Shown one piece after another: positions 50,657 to 64,000 of a stretch of DNA of 64,000 nucleotides; positions within the stretch are counted from its first letter, which is position 1, and each line of letters starts with the position of its first letter. Source of the DNA: Cystobasidiomycetes sp. EMM_F5 (taxonomy: Eukaryota). Location: contig JBPGPT010000011.1 in NCBI GenBank assembly GCA_051047955.1, positions 186,001 to 250,000 of the forward strand, given 5' to 3'. Under the pieces are notes generated by a model, which was given only the letters and a program-made list of their open reading frames with translations, was not told the DNA's origin and did not search any database. The position numbers and the translations under genes were made by a program.

Positions 50657-52000
50657 ATGACAGCCCACAGCTCCAAGTTCCTCAAGAATCGCAGAGTCAC
50701 GGTCGTCGGCTGCCCATTCTCTGGCGGCCAGCCCAAACAAGGTCAGCCTACTCGGTCAATCCCTGTACTTTGAGTCTCAGGAGCTGCCATTAATGCCTGC
50801 TACCTTCTCACAATCGTCTGGCTCGCTCGATAGGTGTCGACGAGGGTCCTTTGCGAATTATCGAAGCTGGGTTACTAGATGACATAAAGGGGTTGGGCTG
50901 GGAAGTCGATTTCGAGGACCACCACCAATTTGAGCCTATCAATGAAGAAGCGGACCCTCCTATTGGGATAATGAAGCGACCTCGCTTAGTGTGGGCTATT
51001 TTGTCTAGGCTGAAAGGTATGGACAGCTAAGTCATACATGTCTCTGAATCATCTGCAGATCAAACACCACCAAGGAAGTTGCAAATGCCGTCGGTGAAGC
51101 TGCAAGCAAAGGAAATCTAGTCCTGACTTTAGGCGGTGATCATTCCCTGGTACGTGATCTCATACGCTGCTAGAATGATCAGTGGACTAACGACACGACA
51201 GGCCATGGGCACCGTATCAGGTACATTCAAGCAATACCCGGAAGCGTGTTTAATTTGGATCGATGCCCACGCCGTACGTACTCAAAGGGCAAAGTCGCGT
51301 CGGTGAGCTGTCACGAATTGAGTCTCTTTCGCAGGACATCAATACACCAGAAACAACAGAGAGCGGAAACCTGCACGGATGTCCGGTGTCGTTTCTGATG
51401 GGTCTACCAGGGACGGACGTGCCAGAGTTCTCATGGATCAAGCCGGTCCTTCGCAGCGATAGGATTGTCTACATCGGTCTCCGCGATGTTGATGCTGGCG
51501 AAAAGAAGATTCTACGCGACAATGGCATTAAAGCCTTCTCGATGTTTCACGTTGACAAGTACGGTATCGGCAAAGTTGTCGAAATGGCTCTGGATACCGT
51601 CAACCCGAATAGAGATAGGCCAATCCACCTCAGTTTCGATGTTGATGCATGCGATCCAACAGTGGCTCCAAGTACCGGTACTCCTGTAGATTACATTCAG
51701 TCATTTCGCTTTACCGGCGATAATCTGACTACTTTTGCGACAGGTACGCGGCGGTCTCAGCTGGAGGGAAGCGCACTACATTATGGAAAGTATCGCGGAG
51801 ACTGATCTTTTAGTGTCGCTTGATATCATGGTGAGTTGCTCGTGAAATTATATAACGTCTTATACAAGAAAGTCTTACATTGTTGACTATCACAGGAGGT
51901 TAACCCCACAATCCATAGTCATGATAGTGCAGCGGTCGCACAGACTGTCAACCTCGGGAGGAGTTTGGTTCGGTCTGCAATCGGAGAGACGCTGTTGTAA
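50657..52000 (+). CDS. CAR1: Arginase
   Basis: [78 protein letters not shown] and SAIGETLL*. Confidence 0.96.
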
Positions 52001-52802
52001 GAGCAGCAGAACGCATTCATCGTACCTTTAGCAGCACACTCGCAGCCAGTAGTTGTCGCGTCGTCGTGGCCCACAGGACCAGACACTGAATCAGTCATGC
52101 AGTCGCAATCGAAGGGAACCACTCTTCACAGATTAGATGCTTCATGTGACTGAGGCGTCATTCCAGCATGTCCTACTGCGTCATAACAGCTGGACATCAA
52201 ATCTGAGTTCACGAGTGATGTTGGATAAGATGGTCGCGTCCATCCAGGAGGTGAATATCACGGCTGACATTCAGACGCATGACGTGGCATTTCCCGTCAT
52301 GTATCCGAAGCTTCTCATAAATCCACAAAAGCGATGCTACGCTATTCGCCGCTGGCGACGTGCCTCCTCAGAGGTACGCAGTCTATCGTTGCAGCTCCGC
52401 GCTGCCCCATTGTATATGGAGCTCACTCTCCAAGAACGGTCAGTACCGCATGCGCTGACGGAAAGGATTACTCCACTTTTGCTGCATCCTCACGCGATTC
52501 AGGCTGAATGAGAGTCAAATAGCTCCAGCATCCTCTAAGACACGTGCAACATGCAATCTAGATTGGTAGGGGGGCGTTGCGGTCAAAAAGGTGTGAGCAG
52601 ATATGTCTGCGACCTGTACTGTGTGAAAGGGGCAGAAATGAATTCGAGCAGTGGTAGTTAACGGTGCTCTCGAAGGTAATTCAACAGGCTGAAAAGGGTA
52701 TAGTATTGCTCCGAGCTACAAGAGAATTTTTTTTCCCGTACGGAAGGCTTCGCGGATATTAACCATCGGAACGGTCACGTCAGCAAATCACAAATTCTGA
52801 TT

Positions 52803-54760
52803 CTACTTCACATTGGGGCCCGAGAAAGCTGAAGCTTGGCTACTGGCCGAAACAGATTGTCGGCTACTGACTGGATTGGAACGAGAACGTGGCATAGATA
52901 GTGGCGAAATGGTACTTTTGGCGGAATCACTTCCCGGAGTGAGGTACGGCTTTCCAGCCGGGGTGTAGAATGATGAAGCTGAAGATGCGCCGGAGCCATT
53001 GGCCAGATTGGCAGTGTTCACACGTAACTTTTGTCTGCCACTTGTACTTCCACTTGCATAGGAAGGCGGGGGAGTAAGTGAGGCTGCGGAGTCTCTACGC
53101 GAAGGCCCGCGGACTCTGATGTCCAATCGCATTGGTGGTGCAGAATGCTGCGTCCCACCGGCACCGGGCGTCCAGCATAAACCCGCTTCGTTGCGCGTCA
53201 GAGGCGAAACAGCACTCGAAGAGGCTGAACTGCCTCGCTGAGATGTAAACGGCGCTCGCTCGCCATATCCAAGATGATCCCACATCATGCCGAAGAAATC
53301 CCTCCTGACTTTTTTCTTTTGAAAGGAAGATGTCTCATGACTTTCACTGTCGGAAAATGTAACACGTCAGTAACAGGCGCTGCAGTCCAGATACTGCTGG
53401 GCTTGCTGTTCGGTGCCTCCCGGAGTCACAGTACGATTCGTCCGAGTCTTGCTGTATCTAATATCCTCATTATATTGCGACATGTGGAATGAAGCCGATG
53501 AGTGCGGAGATGAACCTTAAGCAGATGAATTGAGAAATGATGGTAAGACGGGCGAACATTATTTTGAGCGATTTAACGCAGTTCAGTGTAGCGCCACGCT
53601 GTGTATGTTGTAAACGCACTGTTCAGGCTATACTCTCGGCAGAGCGCCGCACATCCGCTGAGAAACCACAGCCGCTTCTTGGAACGAGCGTGGCGGCTGT
53701 GTGGCTACTATTCTCATCATCAGCACTGCATGCTGTGAAAATTGCATTTCGACGCAGCACGTCTTGCAGGCCGATCAAGTCGTGAGTCCTGTACAGATAC
53801 TTAGCAGATGAAGAGCTAGGAGGCCATACTTTAGCGTCTCGTAATGCGATCTAGCTCTTGGTCAGCCCGCATTATCGTCGGCCGCTCTGGCAGAAGTCAC
53901 TCATGAGATTTTCCGGTTGCTAGTCCACCCACCTAAGATGGCCTCAATTTGCAAAGGCAAGGAAGATAGGAAGAATCTAATGCATGCATTTGTGTAGCAG
54001 AGGGACCCAGCTGTCGGAAACGTTATCGGAGAGCATGACCAGGGTCTGCAGAGCCCCGTCACTGAAAGTATCCTTCATCGGATCTGACGATGTCTGCCCA
54101 TTTCAGGTGTCAGTATTTAGACACCGAGGCTCGTCGCGACGAAAAATTGAAGTCATGGGAGGAGAATATTCGGAATGAGTACAACAAGGTGCGAAGCAGG
54201 CAATATGAGCTTGGTCACTGAATTTGTATCGATGTGTGAGCGATCAGCAGCATCCGATTTAGACATCATAGCTACTGCAGATGCGCGCCAGATACTCGCG
54301 GAAATCAATGAGTGACAAGTACTGCACCGGAAAGCAGTGGTGGCGAAATGAGGAGGCGAAGGAAGGGAATTGATCGCTTTAGGCGGATCTAACGGGGGAG
54401 GCCAAGTCCTCTAGATTGAGGCGGCTTCGAAGCACCATTTCTCGAATTGTAAGTACTGACACGCAGTGTCGGTCCCCGGCTCAATTTAGGTAGCATTGGC
54501 GCAGCAGGTTGACTGTTTATCACAGGAGACCATTGAGATGGGTTTGCATTCATCTGTGAATATGGCGACTGCTGCGCTACTTGCGAACGTTCCCTGCCAG
54601 TTCGTACTTCTGAGATCGCAGTGGACCGCTGGGTTGGAGTAGAGGGTGACGCAGCCGCAATGAATGACCCTGTGATAATTGGATGAGGGGTGTCCACACG
54701 GACACCGTTACGAAATTCAGACGCGTTGTATCGCGCGGTTTTGTAGGGGTGTCGTTCCAT
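52803..54760 (-). CDS. Hypothetical Ser/Pro-rich multi-exon protein (internal structure uncertain)
   Basis: Coding-like ORFs 54389-54760 and 52803-53288 with splice-like signals in between; no domain recognised. Confidence 0.4.
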
Positions 54761-55250
54761 CCAGTGATATTGAATGTAAAGTTGGCGGCACGCGAGACTA
54801 AGGAATTGGTATGAGAAGAAGAGTGACAACTGCACCTCGGTGTGGTAATTGGTATCACCTAAGTGCTCCAACAGCGCCAGGCTATGGGTTTTGTCAATGC
54901 GATGAGGTGGCGCTGGTTCGAATGAACAGCATCTACCCGCTGCACAGCCGCTACAGCCTTTCACTTGCGACAGAGTAGACTGTACGAGCTGCTTTCAGCG
55001 TCGAAAATTCTCTGTGCTGAACGAGATGTATTCCGATGCAGCACGTCTTGCAATTCAACTGTGTCCGGTATGCACGGGTGTATACCATCAATACGAAAAT
55101 GGAGGAGTGAAACGTCATACGTAAGCATCTCATGGTATGTTTCCGATCAGGCTAGCCCGTGTTTCTTAGCCGATCCGACAGAAGTCACCCAGACGTCTGA
55201 ATCGCATCTCCAGTGTCTTGCTGAACTTGTTGCAGACGCAGTCCGATCTA

Positions 55251-57090
55251 TCAAGCGGCATCGGGTATACGACCTTCGTATATAAGATGTTTCATGACAT
55301 GAAGCGTAGTCTCCGCGTAATTCACGTTATCGTGACCTCCATATTGCGTTTCGAGGTGAACGACCTGGCTTGACCGCGGACTACCAGGAGTCAAATCTCC
55401 TTCATAGATTCGCTCAAACGAGCGAAGAGTACCAAAGGATGCAATGTTTTGCGTCCGTATATGGCTTGATGGGATCTGGTCTTTGACGTCGCTGTAGTCA
55501 TACAGGCGTCGAAATAACCGGTCCGAGTGCGTATGAAGTATGGTGCCATCGTTACGAGAGTGAATCAGCAAAACATGGCATTTGATATTCTATCGCAAAC
55601 AGCTTCAGTGCCGCAGCGGTCTCGAGTGATGCTGTCGGGCAATGTACCTGAATGATGTGCAGAGTGTTGAAGTGCGTTTCAAGCGTTGCGAACAAAGCCT
55701 CTGTCATGCATGTCACTATGAGCTCAAGTATGCCGAGACCACGCTCGACTTACTACGAATGAAGGGAAAGTACTTTAGCGGCTGTAAGAGGGGAATGACC
55801 TCGGCAGCCTTGTAAGTCAGCAAAAGCTCGTCTATGGATGTGAACGGAGCCGATAGAAAGAGGGCGCGTGGATGGAGACCTAGATGTTCCCGAGTGAGTG
55901 CGATGCAGCACGCAGCTGAGCTACGAACAATCACCTTCATTTGCCAGTTGATTAGCTAGAGCACTAGCCACGCCTGTGCCGAGACTCTGGCCAGCAATTA
56001 CAATATTTTCGGGAGGAACCCGCTTCGCTGATAGCACAAGTCAGGTCATACGCCGTGAATATTCTGTATATCGGACTTTAGCTGACTGAGGGTAAGCCAG
56101 TCCCACGCTGCTCTTGCATCTGTCAAAAGTCCTGCTTCCGATGGCGGTACTTTCGATGAGTCCGCAAATCCTCTGAGAGGAAAAATTTCAGCGAATCCGA
56201 CAATGTGAAACCAGAGTCTGAGCGAAACATACCGATAATCTATTGCTACGAAGTTCATGTTGGTAAATAGGCTGGTAGTATGCCTCGCAAGGTAGGTTCG
56301 ATGGGGTACCAAGCGCGTTCCAGCATTTCCGTGAAAGTATAGCATGACGGGATGTTTGTCATCGCTAAGTATGATAGTCCTATTAGAAACGAAAGTCCCT
56401 CACAAACGTTTTGTACCGTCAGCTTACCGCAACCCGTTATCAAAGGCTTGCTCGGGTATCTCCGCAGTAAGGTGGTATGAGCTACCGACAGCTTGAGGCA
56501 ACACATGCCAAGCACCTAGTCTAATCTTGTCGGGCGTTGTAATGTAGAAATTTCGGACCCGATTGGCTACACCGATGAGCAAGCAGTGAGAGGATGACAG
56601 GCATGACCAAGATAGTGTTACCTACGCGAGAAGCCTGTGAGGTGAGCGGGGAGTACGGGTATTGCCGAACTATCAGATTTATAATGAAAGTTGATTGAAT
56701 CAATCATGTAGTCCCCGCACCGTATGCTTCAGGAGTGTCGTATCTCGGCTGCACAACATCCATCAGCATAATACTCTACGTTGCTGCGTCACCTGCATCA
56801 TCTCCTCACAAACAAAGGTATCTTTACCCAATGCAAGTACACCATGCTGTCACGAAATCGCATAGGGGAAAGACTCAGCGCCAACAACATCGGTACTGCA
56901 AGGTGATAGCGTACCCTCGCTGAATAGGACGGAAAGTAAGTGCTAGTAGGAAAGTGGAGTAGAGCAGGATTGGGGCGGAAAGTGCCAGGGTGGTCCCTCT
57001 TGCAGCGGGGCTCACATCCATGATGCTGGAGAATACCTCACGCGGGTGGTGTAGCAGAGAAGTTATTGCATCTCCGAGCACGGCCATCAT
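55251..57090 (-). CDS. Alpha/beta hydrolase, ABHD12/Bem46-like
   Basis: N-terminal TM, LYFHGNAGTR, IDYR-GFADSS..PSEAGLLTDARAAWDW, IAGQSLGTGV nucleophile, LSAPFTSI, IHSRND and YGGHDN. Confidence 0.88.
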
Positions 57091-57450
57091 TCGCGATATG
57101 AGTATTGACGAGTCGGCAGCGTCGGCAGCGTCACAAGTATATCCGTCATGGATGCAAGTTCGTCTGGGACCAGCATGATTCTCCACAGCCAACGGAAAAG
57201 AACAGCAATGCATTCACTCATGGAGCACTAAAGTGATTTGACGAATCCTAGCTAGAATTACACAAGCAGGGCGACAAAACATATTGCGAACTGGCAGAAG
57301 GGACAGAATGACAACGATCACGACCAAGAATTGATCATGCCTTTGTCGCGTCGCCTTGCATCGCTATACCAGCACCCCAGTCAAGCAACGTGTCGAACTC
57401 CGTCTACTGTTGCAATCCGCTCCTCCACTACCTGGTTTTGCAGCAACACC

Positions 57451-59387
57451 TCACCGCTGCTGATCTTGCTGTGCCTGCAATCGCTGCTCCATCACTGTTA
57501 AACGACAAGTTGATTATCAGCAACGTCTATGGATGTATACTGTCCACAAATGCTCGACGCACCCTTCAAGCTCTCCTCACGGGCAAGCAGTTCCTGACGC
57601 TTTTCCGAAATCTCGCGTTGCACCTTGAGTTCAATCTCCCGCAGCTTTTCCTCTTCCTTTCGGAGCTGCTCCTCCTTGAGCCGGACAGACTGCGTTGCCA
57701 TCTCTTCTGGGTTGATGGATGTGTTGGACATGTCATTGTTGCTGTGCGCGCCTGGGCTTAGAGCGCCTCCATCTGCTCCTGCACCGTTTGATCCGTTTGC
57801 CGAACTGATATTAAGACCATTGACGGTACGAGACAGCTTCTCGGTACGGTAATTTTCGTACAAAAAGTCATGCGTGATTTCCTTGAGATCAGTCAGATGC
57901 GTATTGAGCAGTGCCGATCGGAGACGTGCAAAGTCGCTATGCTGAGGGTTATCGACTTCCACGATACCCCACGGGTAGCGACGTGCTCGAATGACTTCTC
58001 CACCACCAATATCAATCTCCTCTTCGCTTCCAACAATTGCAAAAGGTAGCAAAGCCCGCAACTCGCTATTGTCGGTAATGGTGTCTTCGTCGTCTTCCTC
58101 CACGTCATAGGGAAAGTTGTAGATGGGAATGCCATAGTGCTCAATGTCTTCCATGATCTTAAATTCAAGTTATGAGACCTTCTGATGTTGCAGACTGGAC
58201 TAGACGCACTCTTTGCTTGAACCCAGCTAGCTCTTGAGGTGTCAAGCTATCTGCCTTGCCAATCACTGGAATGACATTGACGCGAGGTGATAGCCGGCGC
58301 ATCAATTCAATATCCATCTCTCGGAGACTGCCATACAAAATTACGTCAGACTGGGCATGTTTCTAGCATAGCATCTGCTCGTACTGATGGCCAGACGGAG
58401 GGATAAAGTAGAGAAGTGCATGTATACGATTGTCGCGGAACCGAGGATTACGTTTGATTCTGCTCTCCTCTGCCAGGATGTCATCGTATTGACGTTCCAG
58501 GTAGCCGACAATGTCTTGGAAGCTGTGAAAATATATCGATAAGCCAAGTAGTCCTTTCCTGTGCTGTAGCCTGAGAGCTGATTTACGAGTCGCTGCTGTC
58601 TATCGCATTGCCAAAGCCCGGTGTGCTTTGTGAATGTTAGCCGAACAGGCTAGTCTGCAGCAGAGCATGCGAGCTCACTCGACTACGGTCAGAGATATTC
58701 TGACACCCTCTTCCTCCAATTCTGAGCGGGATATGCGAGTAGTGTGAGCGGAGTGTAGTGATAGCCCATCAGACATGAGACATACCGACAGTATGAGGCT
58801 GTAACGCAAAGTTTGCCTTCAGTGCGGGCGAGAGGTCTTGCAGACTGATGCTCACCTTGATCTTTAGATCAGGAGAGTGGTCTCCGACATTGTGGTTCAG
58901 GACTGGCGTCTCGCACAGCGTGTTGACAAAGGTTGTTCTGCCAGTTCCCGATGCGCCTGTCGACCAAGCGCTCTAGACATCAGCATTCAACACCGATACA
59001 GTCTGTAGACGGGTGCGCTCACCGACTGAGCAAGTGCAGCGTCCAATGCAGCCAACGGAGATTCCCGGTGGCACAGGTCGCGTGTCAGATTAAATTGCCC
59101 TTTCGCAACAACACGGGCACTCACCGACTGAGCACCAACGCAGTAGCCGTACAGACGGAGCATCAGCACATCATCAGCGCAGTCGCAGCTCAATCAGCCC
59201 ACCCATCAGCGTAAACTGGAGGCCTGTTCGCCGTTTGAAATCGTCAGTGACCACCGCGACCACGGCCAAACGAAGGCCCACCCTTCTTTACATTCTTCCT
59301 GCGACTGGGTATGGACGTCAGCGAGTTGTTGGCAGCGTACGGCGAGGCTGAGCGGGGCGAAACGGGCGACGCAGCGTGGGCAAACAT
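57451..59387 (-). CDS. CDC11: Septin, Cdc11-like
   Basis: KKGLQFTLMVVGASGTGRTTFVNTL (after microexon splicing), DTPGFG, RDNRIHALLYFIPPSGH, VNVIPVIGKADSLT, RRYPWG, HDFLYENYRTEKLS and a C-terminal coiled coil. Confidence 0.9.
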
Positions 59388-59698
59388 GGTCGACGTTGTC
59401 CGGGAGAGAGGGTGAAGGGGCAGCGGGCAGGATGATGGATAAATGCAACTCACCTCGGAGCTGGAGCCATACTGTCACTACCGCAGTCTGATGGAAATAT
59501 ATTCGCGGTGTCCGCCAAACATGCGCCAGTCCTGCTCAGGCTCGCGGCTCGCCCAGCTCCTGAGCAACCGTCCAAGGGGTCCAAACGCGGCAGGCACAGC
59601 AAACACTTGTACACTTGCAAGAAAGACTAGGCTGCATTGCAAAGACCAACACATACAACAACCATGTACTGCTGATTACCCCACGCCAGACCCTTTGC

Positions 59699-62354
59699 TC
59701 ATCCCTGCCGACTCTGCTGCGCAATGAGATTCAATGCAGACCCGCTCTTGAACCAGCGCAACTGATCCTGGCTCATCGTATGTGCGACCGGAATCTCTAT
59801 CACGTCATTAGGATTGTCCCGCTTCTGAACGCGAAGCTTGAGCTGCACAGACTCGTCGCCCCGCAGCAACTGCGTCAAGCCAACAGTCTCGATAATGTCA
59901 CCAGATCCAATCTTGCTGTAGTCGCCCTCTGGATCAACAAACGTGAGAGGAAGCATACCCTGCTTCTTCAAGTTGACTTCGTGAATCCGCGCATATGCCT
60001 TTGCAACAATCATTTTTGCACCAAGGAAGCGTGGTTGTAGGGCAGCGTCTGAAGAGCAGGCCAAACTTAGCACTCTCCTCTGCTTGTGAACGAGTCATCG
60101 ACTTACGTTCTCTCGCACTGCCCTCACCGTAGTTCCAGTCAGTAACGACGAGCCAGGGTTGCCCGCGAGCCTTCCAGCGTTTTGCCATCTCGGGAACTGT
60201 AGCAACTTGACCGACTGAATCGCCATAGTCCAGAGCCTGGTTGATTTCGCCAGTCTCGTCATTGGTCGATCCAATGAGCGTATTTTCGGCAATATTAGAC
60301 AAGTGGCCTGCAAAAATGACGTGTATGCGTCAGCCCTCTTCATGACGACTCCGTCAGAGACGACCTCACACACCCTTGTACTTCAACCACGGTCCAGCCG
60401 CAGATATCTCGTCTGTCGTACACTTGCCTCTCACTCTCAGTAGACACCTTACATTCGTAAATTCCGTCTTGCCGTTAGGATCATCGAGCTGCTCTTGCGT
60501 AAAGTGAGGTTCGAAAGCTTGCAACAATTCCAACCGCGAGCTTGACGGATCGACCACAATTTCGGCACTCGCATCCGGCTCCGGGTTTGGTCTAGGTATA
60601 AAGCTCGTTTCCCCTTGAGCAAACCCTTGCTCGGGCAATTCAATACCGGACGGTGGATCAAACATGAATGGCTTTCCGTCCTTGTCTAGTAGTGAGTCGG
60701 TCATGGGATTGAACGACAATCGGCCAGAAAAGGCCATGGCGGTCACAATATCGGGAGAGGCCAAGAAATTCATCGTCTTCTTGTTGGCGTCGTTTCGGCC
60801 TCGGAAATTTCGGTTGAAGGATGTAAGGATCGCATTCTCTTCGCCTTTGCAGTCGCTGCGGTCCCATTGTCCGATGCATGGACCACACGCGTTCGTGAGA
60901 ACAGTCGCACCTACGTTCTCCAAAGTGGCCTTCAGCCCATCACGCTCGATAGTCGCATTGATCAGTTCAGATCCAGGTGTGCACATGAATGGAGTTGCGG
61001 CTTTAAGGCCTTTGGCTTCTGCTTGTCGCGCGATTGAAGCTACGCGTGTCAAGTCTTCGTATGATGAATTTGTGCATGAACCGATGAGTGAAGCAGAAAT
61101 GGTATCTTTCCACCCCTTTTCGCTAACGAGCGATGCAAACTTGCTGAGTGGTGTCGCGAGATCTGGTGTGTGCGGCCCATTCCTGTGGCAGAAGTGATAC
61201 AATCAGTCGATATTCCGAAAAGTCCTGGCTAGCCTGCCTACAAGTATGGCTCCAGCTCTGACAGGTTGACGCTTATATGTTGATCGTATTCTGCACCGTC
61301 ATCCTTCTGCAAGAAACCTTGTGCTGCAGCTTCATCCGCCTTGTTGGCTACCGGCCCTCGGCCAGTAGCGTGCAAGTAGGAGCGCATGCTGTCATTATAT
61401 GGGAAGCAAGACGTAGTCGCGCCAACTTCTGCTCCCATGTTGGCAATCGTAGCCAAGCCGGTACAAGACTGGTTGGCTAGCCCCGGGCCGTAATATTCGA
61501 GAATGTGGCCAGTACCGCCTTTGACTGTCAATTGGCCTGCAATATGTAGAATAAGGTCCTTTGGCGTCGTCCAGCCCGACATCTTGCCAGTTAATTCGAT
61601 ACCAATCATTTTTGGTGCTTTCAGTTCCCAAGGCGTGTTTGTCATTGCATCGCTGGTCCAAAAAACAGTGTGTGTCAGCATAATGCATGCGTATACGAGG
61701 ATGCAGTATTTACACAGCATCAGCTCCTCCGACACCGATAGCAATAGCACCCAATCCGCCGGCGTTAGGAGTATGACTGTCACACCCAAGCATGAGCAGC
61801 CCTGGTGCGGAGTAATTCTCCAGAACGATAGAGTGAATGATACCAGATCCCGGTCCCCAGAATTCTATCCCAAACTTGCGAGCTGCAGATTCCAAGAACT
61901 GGAAAACCTCCTTCTCTGATGCTTCTGCCCGCTTCAAGTCTGCTTCTGCACCAGCATATGCGGAAATGAGATGGTCGCAGTGAATACTCGTTGGCACCGC
62001 AGTCCGTTTTGCGCCAGCGCTATTGAATTGCAGCAATGCCATCTGAGCAGACGCATCTTGCAGCGCGACACGGTCGGGGTGTAATTTTAGATATGCCTGT
62101 CCACGGAGCTTTCCAGCTTCGATGCGAGTCAAGTCGTCTACATTGCACAAATGGGAGTACAGAATCTTCTCTGCCAGCGTAAGTGGACGCTTGAGGATTG
62201 CTTTGACTTGCTCGAGTTGTTTCAAAAGATGCGTGTATGGAGGAATCAGGGTCGAGCAGTCTTTGTTGGGCAGCACAGAAGTCGTGGCATAGGCGCGCCG
62301 GCTGGCTGCACAGGCCAGCGACCTGCGCAGCACACCTCGGGAGATCATCGACAT
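59699..62354 (-). CDS. ACO2: Mitochondrial aconitase-family protein, Aco2/homocitrate dehydratase type
   Basis: [88 protein letters not shown] and [14 protein letters not shown] suggests the ACO2 rather than the ACO1 clade. Confidence 0.85.
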
Positions 62355-62939
62355 GCTTGTCAGATGGGAATACAACGCGTAACAGCAAAACGGGCCATTG
62401 GCCGGAGCAATAATTTTGGCAAAAACTTGGTGGCGTTGCTTTCGGCAATCAAAGACTCCGCGACTGGGAGTGAGAAAGTAAAGAGGTTTAGAGAAGCTGC
62501 TACAATTTACAGTACACTGGCGGAGAGCACGAATCTTGCGTGCTTGCGCTCGGTCGAAGGGACTTCAGTGTACAAACGTTTCAATAAATCGCCCTTTTGC
62601 GGAGACGGCAACACCTATCTCCTTCGCTTGCTATTGTTGATCCCCATTAGCGACGAGCACTGCCTTTCGTATCAAGGCAGGTGATACGAAAGGCAGAGAC
62701 TTGCTAAAAGCCTAGCAATACAAGACTGTCAGTACTGATATGCGGCTTCGCCGCCTTAGCTAAAGTACAAAATTCATTCGAAAGATGCAGCAACTCACTG
62801 CCTGCCGGCTCGTGCCTGTGCAGCGACAACGCGCGTATTCCCGGCATATGGCGCACAAAAAGTTGCCTTAGAGGCCGGGAAAGCACAGTAACGATCAGAC
62901 TGACTACCAGGAGGCGAGCTTTTTCCTGTGCGAATCGCA

Positions 62940-63480
62940 TCAGATCACTTCATGCACACACTTGAGCAAACATGCTTGGCCCACTCTTTGCGATGTGTTC
63001 AGCTGGAACACTGGCTCGCCTGAAGGCTCCACGGCCGTCCCGTTGGTAAAGATTGCCAGGCGTAAACGATCAATGACTGAAGAGATCGTCACACGATCCT
63101 GCTCTCGTGCAGCTTCGACTTCATCTCCTATATCCAGCTCGTGCCGAAGCTCCTCAAGTCGGCCGGCGCGTAGCTGTGCAGCTACCAATGCCGCGTGTTC
63201 ACGGCACACGGCGCCCAACGTGTGGCCTTGGACGCCGTGGACGTGGACCGCATTTGCGTCCCCGCCATGTCCTGGTCGCAAAACCAGGGATACGACGTCG
63301 CCCGCCGCCCACGGCTGGCGGTATACATAGCATCCGCGGATTTTGGAATCGATGACTGCTGTTTCGTCAGCAAACGTTGCGCGCGGCGCACCCGCACGCA
63401 CGCATACGCATTTGGTCCTGACAAACGTCGTCAGCGATTAGCCCGACTATAGGACGAGTAGCAGCTGGTGCACTCACCAT
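62940..63480 (-). CDS. Small stand-alone HIRAN-domain protein
   Basis: Spliced M|DQM|PVIDSKIRGCYVYRQPWAAGDVVSLVLRPGHGGDANAVHVHGVQGHTLGAVCREHAALVAAQLRAG fits the HIRAN pattern (G..Y...G..L.L...P....D.NA+.V.....+G.+....A..+A..L). Confidence 0.65.
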
Positions 63481-64000
63481 TTTGTTTGCTTTCGGATGGG
63501 TTGTTTTGAATTGGCACGAGGGAAAGAGAGGCGTAGCAGTCCCGAATTTGGGAGTCGATAGCTGGCATTGAAGGCGTACCACGCCTGCCACTCTTCAACG
63601 GCCTAATGTCGGCACGCTTCAGTCAGCCAGACCCCAGACGCCGCTCAGACGATCACGCTCACAATGCCACTTAGAGCGTCCGCCTGGATTTGCTCGGCTT
63701 GTCCGGGCGGCTGTCACACCGCCATGCCATGCCCTCGCTTCCCGTTTCTGAGAGGGCATGACATGGCGGTGTCAAGGGAAGAGAGGTAACCCGCGTCAGA
63801 GCGCCAAATTAGTTGGCTCGGCAACCAAGCAAGCGATTGTCGGACAGATTCCTCGCTAGTCCACGCGTTTCTGATAACGCCGTTCCGAAAGTTGTCAGAC
63901 ATGTTAGTAAATGCGTGGAGGTCAGAAGCCCAGGCAGGATGTGACCATCGCAGAAGGTGCAGGTTAGCGGCAGCACCGCTTGCAATGAGCGAAATCGCGT

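Noticed and set aside
63714..64000. Short minus-strand ORF at the window end
   Set aside because: May be the 3' end of a gene outside the window; not enough sequence to call.

Overview
Gene-dense, intron-rich (mostly 45-100 nt GT-AG introns) fungal genomic DNA, most consistent with a basidiomycete yeast; the exact taxon cannot be fixed from this window. Recognisable genes: PMT1-type mannosyltransferase (partial), a DUF6534-like membrane protein, an SGNH-like (CAS3/CAP64-like) protein, VAC8, a GT31/fringe-like glycosyltransferase, a WW-domain protein, a TatD-like hydrolase, PNC1, an FLC/TRP-like channel, BAT1, a PAS hybrid histidine kinase, a TRF4-like poly(A) polymerase, a DUF1275 protein, RNase H2A, ICE2, RPL9, PCF11, arginase, an ABHD12-like hydrolase, a CDC11-like septin and an ACO2-like aconitase. 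Most notable: (1) a tandem array of four diverged paralogous beta-repeat proteins (40.8-45.2 kb) sharing intron positions and all ending in a CaaX prenylation motif, two with N-terminal PPxY motifs and two apparently frame-disrupted; (2) an intronless, bacterial-looking VOC/glyoxalase gene (HGT candidate); (3) 3-nt microexons: two in tandem in the septin and one that builds the RPL9 start codon; (4) a candidate RNase MRP RNA gene between RPL9 and PCF11; (5) an unusually long PCF11 intron; (6) a stand-alone HIRAN protein. Gene spans include introns and were spliced by eye; no database searches were run.
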